A stretch of DNA of 64,000 nt from Deltaproteobacteria bacterium GWA2_38_16 (GTDB lineage: Bacteria; Bdellovibrionota; JACOXK01; 2-02-FULL-40-11). Each line of letters opens with the position of its first letter. Position 1 is the stretch's first letter. The notes below the pieces were generated by a model. That model saw only the letters and a list, made by a program, of their open reading frames with translations, ran no database searches and had not been told where the DNA came from. Shown in pieces: positions 52,257 through 61,717 of this stretch. The translations under genes were made by a program, and so were the position numbers. The stretch spans positions 246 through 64,245 of the forward strand of contig MGPE01000009.1 in the NCBI GenBank assembly GCA_001797335.1, written 5' to 3'.

Positions 52257-53359
52257 CATCACTTCCTGAATTTTTAAAAGAATTATTTGAATCTTGGCCT
52301 CTCCTAGGAATCTTACCGGTTTGGTTTTATAGTATTGTGGCTATTTTTGGTCTTCTTTTTCTCTTTTTATTTCCCTTTGCCGGAGTGGCTGTTTACGTTG
52401 AACGAAAAATTGCAGGAGATATTCAAGCCCGCATTGGTCCCAATGTGGTTGGCCCCTATGGAATCTTGCAGTGGATTGCCGATGCATTAAAACTTCTTCT
52501 TAAAGAAGATATTATTCCTACCAACGCTGATAAAAAACTTTTTATTCTTTCTCCCATGCTTATTTTTATAAGTGGTGCCTGTGCCTATGCCGTTATTCCT
52601 TTTGCTGATAATGTTATTTTGGCCAATCTCAATATTGGTATCTTTTATCTCCTGGCTATTACCTCTATGGTTACTTTGGGACTTATCTTAGGAGGATGGG
52701 CATCCAATAACAAATGGTCTCTCTTGGGGGGACTTCGAGCCGCTGCCCAGGTAGTTTCTTATGAAATCCCTGTTGCTTTAAGTATTTTAACCGTTGTTTT
52801 GGTCACGGGAACTTTGGACATGGCTCAAATTGTAAAAATGCAAGGCCCTTTTTACTGGAATATTTTTCATAACCCCTTCTTATTTATTTCAGCCTGTATC
52901 TATTATATAGCAGCTCTGGCAGAAGCTAATCGAACCCCTTTTGATATCCCAGAAGCAGATTCGGAACTGGTTTCAGGCTATAATACTGAATATAGTGGCA
53001 TGCGATTTGCCATCTTTTTTCTCATTGAATACGCTGAGTGCTTTATTATTTGTGCGGTTGCAACCACTCTCTTTTTAGGAGGGTGGCATCTTCCCTTTTT
53101 TGATCTTTCCTCCTTAACCTTGGGACTTCGAATTCCTCTTCAAATCATGGTCTTTATGACAAAATCTATTCTACTACTCCTTACGATGATGTGGATTCGT
53201 TGGACATTACCTCGGTATCGGGTGGATCAGCTGATGAAACTTTGTTGGGAAGTGTTTGTTCCCTTTTCTTTTGCCTGTCTTATTGGAACTGCCTTTTGGA
53301 TGGTGCTATTTAAAGGAAAAGGAATTCCTGAACTTATTTTGGGATTATTTGTATCATGA
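52253..53359 (+). CDS. nuoH: NADH-quinone oxidoreductase subunit H (ND1).
   Basis: VERKIAGDIQARIGPNVVGPYGILQ and the conserved TM loops of NuoH. Confidence 0.93.
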   Translation: MTSLPEFLKELFESWPLLGILPVWFYSIVAIFGLLFLFLFPFAGVAVYVERKIAGDIQARIGPNVVGPYGILQWIADALKLLLKEDIIPTNADKKLFILSPMLIFISGACAYAVIPFADNVILANLNIGIFYLLAITSMVTLGLILGGWASNNKWSLLGGLRAAAQVVSYEIPVALSILTVVLVTGTLDMAQIVKMQGPFYWNIFHNPFLFISACIYYIAALAEANRTPFDIPEADSELVSGYNTEYSGMRFAIFFLIEYAECFIICAVATTLFLGGWHLPFFDLSSLTLGLRIPLQIMVFMTKSILLLLTMMWIRWTLPRYRVDQLMKLCWEVFVPFSFACLIGTAFWMVLFKGKGIPELILGLFVS

Positions 53360-53850
53360 CTTCATACGATAGTTTATTTTATGTATTTGCCGCTGTGACT
53401 ATCATTCCAGCCATTGTCACTGTTTTTCATCCCAATATCCTCTATGCTGCCTTGTCTTTATTTGGTTCTTTTTTTGGCGTTGCAGGAATTTATGTACTTT
53501 TAGGAGCAGATTTTATCGCTGCCACTCAAGTTTTAATTTATGTAGGGGGCATTCTAGTTCTTATTTTATTTGCCGTTATGCTTTCTAAAAATATTTATGG
53601 AATGACCTTTCAAGATGAAAAAAAGAAAAAAATACTCCCTACCCTCTTTGGTATATTGCTCTTGGGATTTCTCATTAAACTCATTACAACGGTTCACTGG
53701 AACACAACTCTTTCAGAAGAAGGTCCCCTTCCCACGACTGCAGCTTTAGGAAATTTACTATTAACAGAGTATCTACTGCCATTTGAACTGGCTTCTGTTT
53801 TATTGTTAGCGGCTTTAATTGGAGCCATCATTTTAGCGAGGAGCAAATGA
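53356..53850 (+). CDS. nuoJ: NADH-quinone oxidoreductase subunit J (ND6).
   Basis: Size, TM pattern and position between nuoH and nuoK. The nuoI gene normally found between nuoH and nuoJ is absent. Confidence 0.85.
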   Translation: MTSYDSLFYVFAAVTIIPAIVTVFHPNILYAALSLFGSFFGVAGIYVLLGADFIAATQVLIYVGGILVLILFAVMLSKNIYGMTFQDEKKKKILPTLFGILLLGFLIKLITTVHWNTTLSEEGPLPTTAALGNLLLTEYLLPFELASVLLLAALIGAIILARSK

Positions 53851-54155
53851 CCGTCGAACTACACCACTACTTAATTTTATCTTCTATCTTGTTTGTACTT
53901 GGTATTATTGGGATTATTTCTCGGAAAAATTCTATTGGAATTTTGATGGGCATTGAACTCGTGATGAATGCCTGTGGAATTAACTTTGTGGCCTTTTCAA
54001 AATACATTGCTTCTGACTTTTCAGGACAAATTTTTGCCTTATTCATTTTTGTCATTGCCGCTGCAGAAGTGGTCGTAGCATTGGCCATTGTGCTAAGAAT
54101 TTACCAAAATAAAGCAACCATCGATATTGAAGAGGTTAAAGATTTAAAATGCTAG
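53847..54155 (+). CDS. nuoK: NADH-quinone oxidoreductase subunit K (ND4L).
   Basis: About 100 aa, three TM helices, with GIELVMNA-type motif. Confidence 0.9.
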   Translation: MTVELHHYLILSSILFVLGIIGIISRKNSIGILMGIELVMNACGINFVAFSKYIASDFSGQIFALFIFVIAAAEVVVALAIVLRIYQNKATIDIEEVKDLKC

Positions 54156-56143
54156 ATCCTTTTATTGTAAAACTTTTCCCAACTTTAGACCCTATGCTTG
54201 TTATTATTTCGGCCATTCTTTTTTCTCCTTTGGTAGGTTTTGTAATTCAATTTTTTATGGGGGAAAAGCTCTTTCGAAAAGGCGATTGGGTATCTCTAGG
54301 CGCTATTTTTATTTCTTGGGTTTTAACTCTCTTTTTATTTTCAGATTTTGTACACTCCCAAAACGCCCATTTTAAGTGGGTCATGTCTTGGCCATGGATT
54401 GCTTTACCCAGTTTTTCTTTAGGAATGGGAATCCTTTTAGACAGCACTACTATTCTCATGCTTTTGGTCATTACAACGGTAAGCTTTCTCGTTCATCTTT
54501 ATTCCACCGGATACATGCAGGGGGATCCCAGATATAGTCGTTTTTTTGCTTATCTTTCTTTCTTTTCTTTTTCGATGATTGGGCTTGTGCTTTCAGATAA
54601 TCTTTTTGCTCTTTATGTTTTCTGGGAATTGGTTGGACTTTCTTCTTATCTTCTCATTGGTTTTTGGTTTGAAAAACCTTCTGCTGCCAATGCCAGTAAA
54701 AAAGCATTTATTGTCACGCGCGTTGGGGATGTAGGAATGTTTATTGGAATTTTAATTATCTTTTTTCAAACCAATGGACTTTTAAAATTTGAAGATATTT
54801 TTTCTTTTCTTTCCAAAAGTTCTTTTAACGGTGAATTTTTGGGTCTTTCTCTTCTAACGTTGGCGGGACTATGCATTTTTATGGGTGCTGTTGGAAAATC
54901 GGCCCAATTTCCCCTTCACATTTGGCTCCCAGATGCCATGGAAGGCCCCACGCCTGTTTCTGCTCTGATTCATGCGGCTACAATGGTGGCAGCAGGAGTT
55001 TATCTGGTTACCCGCATGTTTCCTTTTTTTACCCCAGAAGCTTTAACCTGCATTGCCTATGTAGGCGCCTTTACCGCTATTTTTTCAGCTACGATGGCCT
55101 TAACCCATAACGATATTAAAAAAGTATTGGCTTATTCGACGGTCAGTCAGCTGGGATATATGATGATGGGCCTAGGTGTTGGGGCAACCATAGCCGGATT
55201 TTTTCATTTGGTCACACATGCTGCTTTTAAAGCATGCCTCTTTTTATGTTCAGGAAGTGTTATTCATGCACTTCACACGCAGGATTTAAGAGAAATGGGG
55301 GGACTTCGCAAAAAAATGCCCATTACATTTGTCACCATGCTCATTGCTACATTGGCCATTTCAGGCGTTCCTCTTTTTTCTGGCTTTGTTAGTAAAGACA
55401 TGATTTTGGGAGGAACACTTTCTTTTGTCTCCAATCATCCAAATCACTTTTTAATCCCCATTTTTGGATTTTCCGCTGCGGCTTTAACGGCCTTTTACAT
55501 GTTTAGACTTATTTTTATGACTTTCTTTGGCACCGCTCGCGACTCCAAAAAATTTGAACATGCACATGAAAGCCCTTTTAATATGACGCTTCCTTTAATT
55601 ATTTTAAGTCTTTCATCTTTTGCCATTGTATTTACGCCCCTTCATTTTTGGATTGAACAAGAAGAAATACCTGAAAACATACATCATCTGGCCACCGTTC
55701 TTTCTCTTTTTGTGGCTGGAAGTGGCATTTTACTTTCATATCTTATGTATATGAAAAAAGTTTTAAACCCTGACACTCTGGCTCAACGTTTTAAATATAT
55801 CTATAACACCCTCATCCACCTTTATTGGATTGATGAACTCTATGAATGGGCTATTTTAAATAATGTCGTTCGTCTGAATAATCTTTTAGCTCATTTTGAT
55901 AACCGAGTTATTGATCAAGTGATGGTGGATGGCTGGGCTCCCGTGACCATTCAAACATCAAGAGGTTCTGGCAATTTTGATAATCGAGTTATTGATGAGC
56001 TCTTAGTCGATGGGACAGGACAAATGGTGGGAGCTTCAGGGAAACAAACGGTAAAAATTCAAACTGGGAAAGTGCAACAATATATTTTGGTAGGACTAGG
56101 GTCTGTCTGTGTATTATTAATTCTACTAACGCTTATTTTATGA
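54149..56143 (+). CDS. nuoL: NADH-quinone oxidoreductase subunit L (ND5), with a long C-terminal extension.
   Basis: WLPDAMEGPTPVSALIHAATMVAAGVYL antiporter-like core. 664 aa. C-terminal tandem FDNRVID-x4-VDG motifs. Confidence 0.93.
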   Translation: MLDPFIVKLFPTLDPMLVIISAILFSPLVGFVIQFFMGEKLFRKGDWVSLGAIFISWVLTLFLFSDFVHSQNAHFKWVMSWPWIALPSFSLGMGILLDSTTILMLLVITTVSFLVHLYSTGYMQGDPRYSRFFAYLSFFSFSMIGLVLSDNLFALYVFWELVGLSSYLLIGFWFEKPSAANASKKAFIVTRVGDVGMFIGILIIFFQTNGLLKFEDIFSFLSKSSFNGEFLGLSLLTLAGLCIFMGAVGKSAQFPLHIWLPDAMEGPTPVSALIHAATMVAAGVYLVTRMFPFFTPEALTCIAYVGAFTAIFSATMALTHNDIKKVLAYSTVSQLGYMMMGLGVGATIAGFFHLVTHAAFKACLFLCSGSVIHALHTQDLREMGGLRKKMPITFVTMLIATLAISGVPLFSGFVSKDMILGGTLSFVSNHPNHFLIPIFGFSAAALTAFYMFRLIFMTFFGTARDSKKFEHAHESPFNMTLPLIILSLSSFAIVFTPLHFWIEQEEIPENIHHLATVLSLFVAGSGILLSYLMYMKKVLNPDTLAQRFKYIYNTLIHLYWIDELYEWAILNNVVRLNNLLAHFDNRVIDQVMVDGWAPVTIQTSRGSGNFDNRVIDELLVDGTGQMVGASGKQTVKIQTGKVQQYILVGLGSVCVLLILLTLIL

Positions 56144-56153
56144 GGAGAGATAT

Positions 56154-57707
56154 ATGACATTGCCAAATATCATCATGGATCATTTACTGACAGGAATCGT
56201 CTTTTTACCTGTTATAGGAATATTAATTATCTTACTGCTCCCCAGCAATCGTCCTTCTCTCATCCGCTGGACATCAGCAGCATTCACGTTTCTCCCCTTA
56301 TGCATCGCTGCAGAACTTTTTTTACTTTTTAATCGCAATGAAGCTGGCTTTCAATTTGTAGAAAAATTTTCTTGGATCCCCACTTTTAATATCCATTATT
56401 ATATCGGAACCGATGGTCTTTCCATCACCATGCTTTTATTGACAGCACTTCTTTCTTTCCTTTGTGTTTTTGCCTCGTGGGGTATTACTCAAGGTGTAAA
56501 AGGCTACTTTACAATGTTTCTTCTCTTAGAAGCCGGCATGATGGGTGTGTTTGTTGCCCTTGATTTTTTCCTTTTTTATATTTTTTGGGAACTCATGCTT
56601 TTGCCTATGTATTTTCTCATTGGCATTTGGGGAGGTCCTAAAAAAGAATATGCTGCTATTAAATTCTTTTTATATACCCTCTTTGGTTCTGTCTTAATGC
56701 TCGTTGTCATGTTAGCCTTTTATTTTTACTCTGATCCGCATACGTTTGATTTAGTAGAACTGGCTAGGCCTGGAATCTTAAAAATAAAAGATTTAACCAT
56801 TTTTGGATTGCCTATCACCATTGCTCTTTTTAAAAAGATTTTATTTATTCTTCTTTTTATTGGCTTTGCGATTAAAGTCCCTATTTTCCCTTTTCATACA
56901 TGGTTACCGCTGGCCCACGTAGAAGCTCCTACTCCGATTTCAGTAATTCTTGCCGGAGTGCTTTTAAAAATGGGTGCTTATGGACTGCTTCGAATTAGTT
57001 TTCCTATTTTACCCCAAGAAACCTATTGGTTTTCTTATGCCTTGGCCATTTTAGGACTTATTAATATTGTTTATGGTGCTTTTTGTGCGATGGCTCAAAT
57101 TACGCTTCCTCAAGAAAAAGGAGGCAATGATTGGAAAAAACTCATTGCCTATTCTTCCATTAACCACATGGGCTACGTGCTTTTAGGAATGGCCGCCTTT
57201 ACCGTTGAAGGAATCAATGGGGCTGTCTTTCAAATGTTTAACCACGGCATTACTACCGGCATGCTCTTTCTATTAGTAGGCGTCATTTACGATCGTGTTC
57301 ACCATAGACGCATTGATGGATTTGGTGGGCTTCGAGTTAAAGCTCCTATTTACACATCGATTGTTGCTCTGGCTTTTTTTGCTTCTTTAGGACTTCCTGG
57401 CCTTTCAAGTTTTATTTCAGAAGCGTTGGTCTTTTTAGGATCTTTTAAAGTCTATCCATCTCTCACCATTCTAGCCACGATTGGTATTCTCATTAATGCT
57501 GCTTTTTTCCTGTGGGTTTTACAAAAAATATTCTTAGGGCCTCTGAATACTACGTATAAAGATCTCTCTGATATTAATTTTAGAGAGCTCGTTACCCTAG
57601 TTCCTTTAGCCGTATTGGTCATTTTTTTAGGGGTTTTTCCGATGCCTATTTTAGATTTAATGAAAATAACTTTAGATAAACTTTTAACCGTTATTCAATC
57701 TGTGTAA
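56154..57707 (+). CDS. nuoM: NADH-quinone oxidoreductase subunit M (ND4).
   Basis: Antiporter-like core (WLPLAHVEAPTPISVILAGVLLKMGAYG). Confidence 0.93.
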   Translation: MTLPNIIMDHLLTGIVFLPVIGILIILLLPSNRPSLIRWTSAAFTFLPLCIAAELFLLFNRNEAGFQFVEKFSWIPTFNIHYYIGTDGLSITMLLLTALLSFLCVFASWGITQGVKGYFTMFLLLEAGMMGVFVALDFFLFYIFWELMLLPMYFLIGIWGGPKKEYAAIKFFLYTLFGSVLMLVVMLAFYFYSDPHTFDLVELARPGILKIKDLTIFGLPITIALFKKILFILLFIGFAIKVPIFPFHTWLPLAHVEAPTPISVILAGVLLKMGAYGLLRISFPILPQETYWFSYALAILGLINIVYGAFCAMAQITLPQEKGGNDWKKLIAYSSINHMGYVLLGMAAFTVEGINGAVFQMFNHGITTGMLFLLVGVIYDRVHHRRIDGFGGLRVKAPIYTSIVALAFFASLGLPGLSSFISEALVFLGSFKVYPSLTILATIGILINAAFFLWVLQKIFLGPLNTTYKDLSDINFRELVTLVPLAVLVIFLGVFPMPILDLMKITLDKLLTVIQSV

Positions 57708-57710
57708 ATA

Positions 57711-59186
57711 ATGAGTAATTTAACCTCTAGTTTAATGCTCTATTCTAGCGAAATCATCTTAACGTTGACGCTCTCTTTTGTCTTAATCATCCACATGATT
57801 TCTCGGAATAATTTTCTGACATTTTTAACGGCTCTGGTGGGACTTGCTGCTGCAGCTCTTGCAGTGGGAACGTTATATAGCTATGCCCCTCAATTTTATT
57901 TTTCAAATCACTTAAGCCACGATCCTTTTAGTCTCTTTTTTAAACTCTTTTTCATTGTTGCTACTTTTTTTACGTTTCTTTTTAGCTACCGTTCCTATGA
58001 AATTGACTCCAATAGAACCGCTGAATTTTATCTTCTCACCCTTTCTGTTACCCTAGGCATGTGCACGCTGGTTTCTTCTTTAAATCTACTCACTCTTTAT
58101 CTTTCCTTAGAACTCGTAAGTATTGTTTCTTATGCCCTGGCTGGATTTAGAAAAGAACACCCCGCATCTAATGAAGCAGCCATTAAATATCTTTTATATG
58201 GAGCGTTTGCATCGGGGACCATGCTTTTTGGGATGTCTTTATTATATGGACTCACAGGCTCTTTAAATATTTATTCTATTAATGCTACCTTATCGACCGC
58301 CTTTTTAGATCCTTTGGTTTTATATTCAGTACTTTTGATGATTCTTTTTGGATTTGGATTTAAAATTTCCATGGCTCCCTTCCATATGTGGGCTCCGGAT
58401 GTGTATCATGGAGCGCCCACCCCAACGGCCGCTTTTTTTACCGTAGCCCCCAAGGCTGCCGGATTTGCTGTCTTCATTCGCTTTTTTTATACCGTTTTTG
58501 CCAACATGGGAACTACTCCCAATCAGTGGGATGAACTGACTAATCTCAATTGGGCACTTATTCTTTCTATTTTATCTGCCATTACGATGACCATTGGAAA
58601 TTTAAGTGCTCTTCGGCAAAAAAATGCCAAACGAATGTTGGCGTATTCCAGTATTGCACACGCAGGATATATGCTCATGGGATTTATTGTTTTAAATAAA
58701 CAAGGGCTTTCTTCCGTCTTATTTTATCTAGCTATTTATTTTTTCATGAATTTTGGTGCTTTTTTTGCCGTAGGATTAGCTTCTAACAAATTTAAAAATG
58801 AAGAAATTTCTAGTTTTAAAGGATTGGGGTGGACATCTCCCTTATTGGGAGTTTCTTTGGCCATATTTTTATTTTCTTTAACAGGCATTCCGCCTTTTGG
58901 CGGATTTATTGGGAAAGTATATTTATTTTCAGCACTGGTTCATAAAGAGTTATATTGGCTACTCCTTATTGCTATTTTAAATACCGTCATCTCGCTTTAT
59001 TACTATACGTATTTGGTCCGAGAAATGTTTTTACAAAAATCTAAGGATTCCGAAAGTGTAGCGCTTACCCCCCTTCATACAATAGCGCTACTTCTTTTGG
59101 TTATTCCAACCCTTGTCTTTGGCATTTACTGGGAACCTTTATTAGCCTTTGTCTCCCACTCACTTCAATTTATCGTCACTCCGTAA
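57711..59186 (+). CDS. nuoN: NADH-quinone oxidoreductase subunit N (ND2).
   Basis: MAPFHMWAPDVYHGAPTPTAAFF and AYSSIAHAGYML motifs. Confidence 0.92.
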   Translation: MSNLTSSLMLYSSEIILTLTLSFVLIIHMISRNNFLTFLTALVGLAAAALAVGTLYSYAPQFYFSNHLSHDPFSLFFKLFFIVATFFTFLFSYRSYEIDSNRTAEFYLLTLSVTLGMCTLVSSLNLLTLYLSLELVSIVSYALAGFRKEHPASNEAAIKYLLYGAFASGTMLFGMSLLYGLTGSLNIYSINATLSTAFLDPLVLYSVLLMILFGFGFKISMAPFHMWAPDVYHGAPTPTAAFFTVAPKAAGFAVFIRFFYTVFANMGTTPNQWDELTNLNWALILSILSAITMTIGNLSALRQKNAKRMLAYSSIAHAGYMLMGFIVLNKQGLSSVLFYLAIYFFMNFGAFFAVGLASNKFKNEEISSFKGLGWTSPLLGVSLAIFLFSLTGIPPFGGFIGKVYLFSALVHKELYWLLLIAILNTVISLYYYTYLVREMFLQKSKDSESVALTPLHTIALLLLVIPTLVFGIYWEPLLAFVSHSLQFIVTP

Positions 59187-59203
59187 AATTATATCCCCTT
59201 TAG

Positions 59204-59236
59204 GTGTTTCAAAAGCTTGAAACACTTTGTTATTTT
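59204..59236 (+). terminator. Rho-independent terminator of the nuo operon: 9-bp perfect stem GTGTTTCAA/TTGAAACAC, loop AAGC, then TTTGTTATTTT.
   Basis: Read directly, 18 nt after the nuoN stop. Confidence 0.65.
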
Positions 59237-59282
59237 ACCCTATTGAGTTTCTGAAACTTCCCTGTTATAGCCTTTCCCAACC

Positions 59283-60053
59283 ATGAATGACCAAAGAGCT
59301 ATACAAAGTGTACTTCAGTCGAAACTGACAGAGTTTCAATTAAAAAACACTGCCTTTTCACTTCGTGCTTTTTCAAATAGGCTTGGAATGAGCCCAGGGG
59401 CCGTTTCTCAAATTTTGAATGGAAAAAGATTTGTTTCTAAAAAGATAGCCCAAAAAATTTGTGATAAACTTCTCTTAGATCCTCAAGAAAAATCAGAGAT
59501 TGTTGGGCTTTTTCCTGAACAAAAAAAAGAACTCTTAAATAATACTGCTTTAGAACCCAATTATCTTCAACTTCAGTCAGACCAGTTTCGAGTGATTTCA
59601 GATTGGTATTATTTGGCCATTCTCTCTTTAATGAAAACCCGAGGGTTTAAACAAAGCCCACAATGGATATCTAAACGTCTTGGCATATCCCAGAAAGAAG
59701 CCAAAGAGGCCATGACCCGATTAAAAAGATTGGGGCTCATTGAGAAAGATAAAAAGGGTGGGTTAAAGCGTTCCGTTCCACGTTATCGAACCTCTGATGA
59801 CACAAAAGATGTATCTGTACAAAAATCTCATTTTCAAAGCTTGGAACTCGCACAAAAGTCATTAACAACGGATCCCGTTCAAGAAAGAGATTTTACTTCA
59901 ATCACCATGGCCATTAATTCTAAGAAATTGGCTGAAGCAAAAGTTTTGATTCGAAAATTTCAAGATGAATTAAGTGGTCTTTTAGAAGATTCCACCCCTG
60001 ATCAAGTGTATCGATTATGTGTTCAACTTTTTCCATTAAGTCAAGGGAGGTAA
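59283..60053 (+). CDS. Helix-turn-helix DNA-binding protein. From memory it resembles the TIGR02147-type family (N-terminal XRE-like HTH plus a second winged-helix-like segment).
   Basis: LRAFSNRLGMSPGAVSQILNGKR HTH, and DWYYLAILSLMKTRGFKQSPQWISKRLGIS. Its stop codon lies inside the RBS of the first paralog gene. Confidence 0.6.
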   Translation: MNDQRAIQSVLQSKLTEFQLKNTAFSLRAFSNRLGMSPGAVSQILNGKRFVSKKIAQKICDKLLLDPQEKSEIVGLFPEQKKELLNNTALEPNYLQLQSDQFRVISDWYYLAILSLMKTRGFKQSPQWISKRLGISQKEAKEAMTRLKRLGLIEKDKKGGLKRSVPRYRTSDDTKDVSVQKSHFQSLELAQKSLTTDPVQERDFTSITMAINSKKLAEAKVLIRKFQDELSGLLEDSTPDQVYRLCVQLFPLSQGR

Positions 60054-60058
60054 ATAAT

Positions 60059-61690
60059 ATGCGTAACTTATTCTATATCGGACTTTTAATGGCAGGGCTC
60101 ATCTCACCCACTTTTGCTGGAGATAAAGTAGGAAATGGGGGAGATGTCGTGGTTTGCCGGAATACAGTAAATGAAGTTACTTCGATTGAAGCCTTAGATA
60201 TTTATGAAGGGAGAGTGCGCTGGACTATCGAACTTGATTTGGGAGATGCTTCTTTGTCTCCTCTTCAAAAAGTGGAATTGGCTCTTTCAAGGTTAGGGCG
60301 AATTTCGTCTATCCGAGCAGAGAGGTATTTAGAAAAAGCCAAGCAGTTTGACGCTAACGCTCTCTTTTTAGATAATACCGAGCTTCCAGATATTTCTGAT
60401 TCTAACCATTTAATTTTTCCAAAAGGCTGTAAAGTCGAACAAATTATTGTCCAACGAACTCCTCATTTTTCAGATGATAGACGATATTTGGTCAGTAATG
60501 ATCTTTGGAAACAACTAGACTCTACAAATAAAGCTGCTCTTATACTTCATGAAATTATTTATGAAGAAGCATTAGAATTTGGGCATCAAGATTCTGTCCC
60601 TACCCGTTATTTTAATGCTCATCTCATGTCCCATCGATTTGAAACTTTTACGCCAAAAGAAATGGCTGCTTTTTTTAAGACAATTGATTTTAAGAAATTT
60701 GATTATCAAGGTTTTATTTATGCTTCTTCTAGACTTGAATGCCATCACCAATTCATCAAAGAAGAGATGTGGCCCATTCAATTTTTTGATAATGGCATGG
60801 TTGTTAAAAGTGGCTGTATTTTAAGTGGCTCTATCGAAGTTCAAGGACAAAAAGCAAATGTGGCAGGATTTATTTCTTTTCATGATAACGGACAGCCTCA
60901 TTCTTTCATGGCCAGTTCTCCCGATCCACAAAAACCACTCATGGTCAGAATTAATGAAAAAGATTATGCCCCATATGATGGGGGAGAAATCCAGCTCTAT
61001 CAAGATAGTAGTTTGAAAGCGGTCGTTTTGGCCTTAGATGATAAAAATGGATTAGTTTTTGAATCCACCAATTATTCTTTGAATACAGTCGCAGTCGATA
61101 ATCCATGGGGAAAGGGGAGTCGTCCCTTAACTGTAATCCTTTATCCGAATGGGGGCATAAGTAGCCTGATAGCCATAGAACCAGATAGGCATTATCCCAA
61201 ACAAATTAAAGGATGGGGAATGAGTCGAGGTCAAAGGATATATATTAGATCAAATCGTGTTGATTTTTTTTCAGATGAAACTGTAAAAATGGCAACCATC
61301 TCTTATGAAACACCTTTAACTTTTACGATTGATGAGCATCAGTTGAAATTTGCAGGGTATGTAGAGCTCTACGAAACAGGGGAATTAAAAAGTGGTATTT
61401 TCATTGCAGAACCTCAGAAATCGTTCTGGGGAAATACGTACTTTGAAAAAATAGCGATTCCTTTTTTGGTCGGAGATCAAAAAACTAAATTTTGGCTAAA
61501 AAAAGAAACAAATGATTGGTTTGAAGGAAGATATATTCACTTTTATCCTGGATATAAAGTTAAACAAGGAATGTTAGCGCAGTCCGCAACATTTAAAACT
61601 ACGGATGGGCAAACAATCGTTGTTCAAGAAGGACAGATAGTATCTTTAGATGAACAAGGACGATTATTACAGGGGCAAAGTGAATACTAA
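60059..61690 (+). CDS. Secreted paralog 1 of a tandem family. Conserved signal peptide plus GDKVGNGGD leader, with a C-terminal region of MORN_2/YwqK-like repeats. The ORF track begins at an upstream Met at 60017.
   Basis: RBS GGGAGG 8 nt upstream. MRNLFYIGLLMAGLISPTFA|GDKVGNGGDVVVCR. Repeated Y/F-x-NG-x-(L/V)KSG motifs (FFDNGMVVKSG, FHDNGQPHSF, LYPNGGISS, LYETGELKSG). Confidence 0.75.
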   Translation: MRNLFYIGLLMAGLISPTFAGDKVGNGGDVVVCRNTVNEVTSIEALDIYEGRVRWTIELDLGDASLSPLQKVELALSRLGRISSIRAERYLEKAKQFDANALFLDNTELPDISDSNHLIFPKGCKVEQIIVQRTPHFSDDRRYLVSNDLWKQLDSTNKAALILHEIIYEEALEFGHQDSVPTRYFNAHLMSHRFETFTPKEMAAFFKTIDFKKFDYQGFIYASSRLECHHQFIKEEMWPIQFFDNGMVVKSGCILSGSIEVQGQKANVAGFISFHDNGQPHSFMASSPDPQKPLMVRINEKDYAPYDGGEIQLYQDSSLKAVVLALDDKNGLVFESTNYSLNTVAVDNPWGKGSRPLTVILYPNGGISSLIAIEPDRHYPKQIKGWGMSRGQRIYIRSNRVDFFSDETVKMATISYETPLTFTIDEHQLKFAGYVELYETGELKSGIFIAEPQKSFWGNTYFEKIAIPFLVGDQKTKFWLKKETNDWFEGRYIHFYPGYKVKQGMLAQSATFKTTDGQTIVVQEGQIVSLDEQGRLLQGQSEY

Positions 61691-61717
61691 TTATTCTTTG
61701 CAAAGGAGGTAAATAAT

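Noticed and set aside
55900-56010. Internal tandem repeat FDNRVIDQVMVDG / FDNRVIDELLVDG in the NuoL C-terminus.
   Set aside because: Short intragenic duplication within the variable C-terminal tail of NuoL. It is in frame, with no element boundaries. Probably ordinary tail variation rather than a separate feature.
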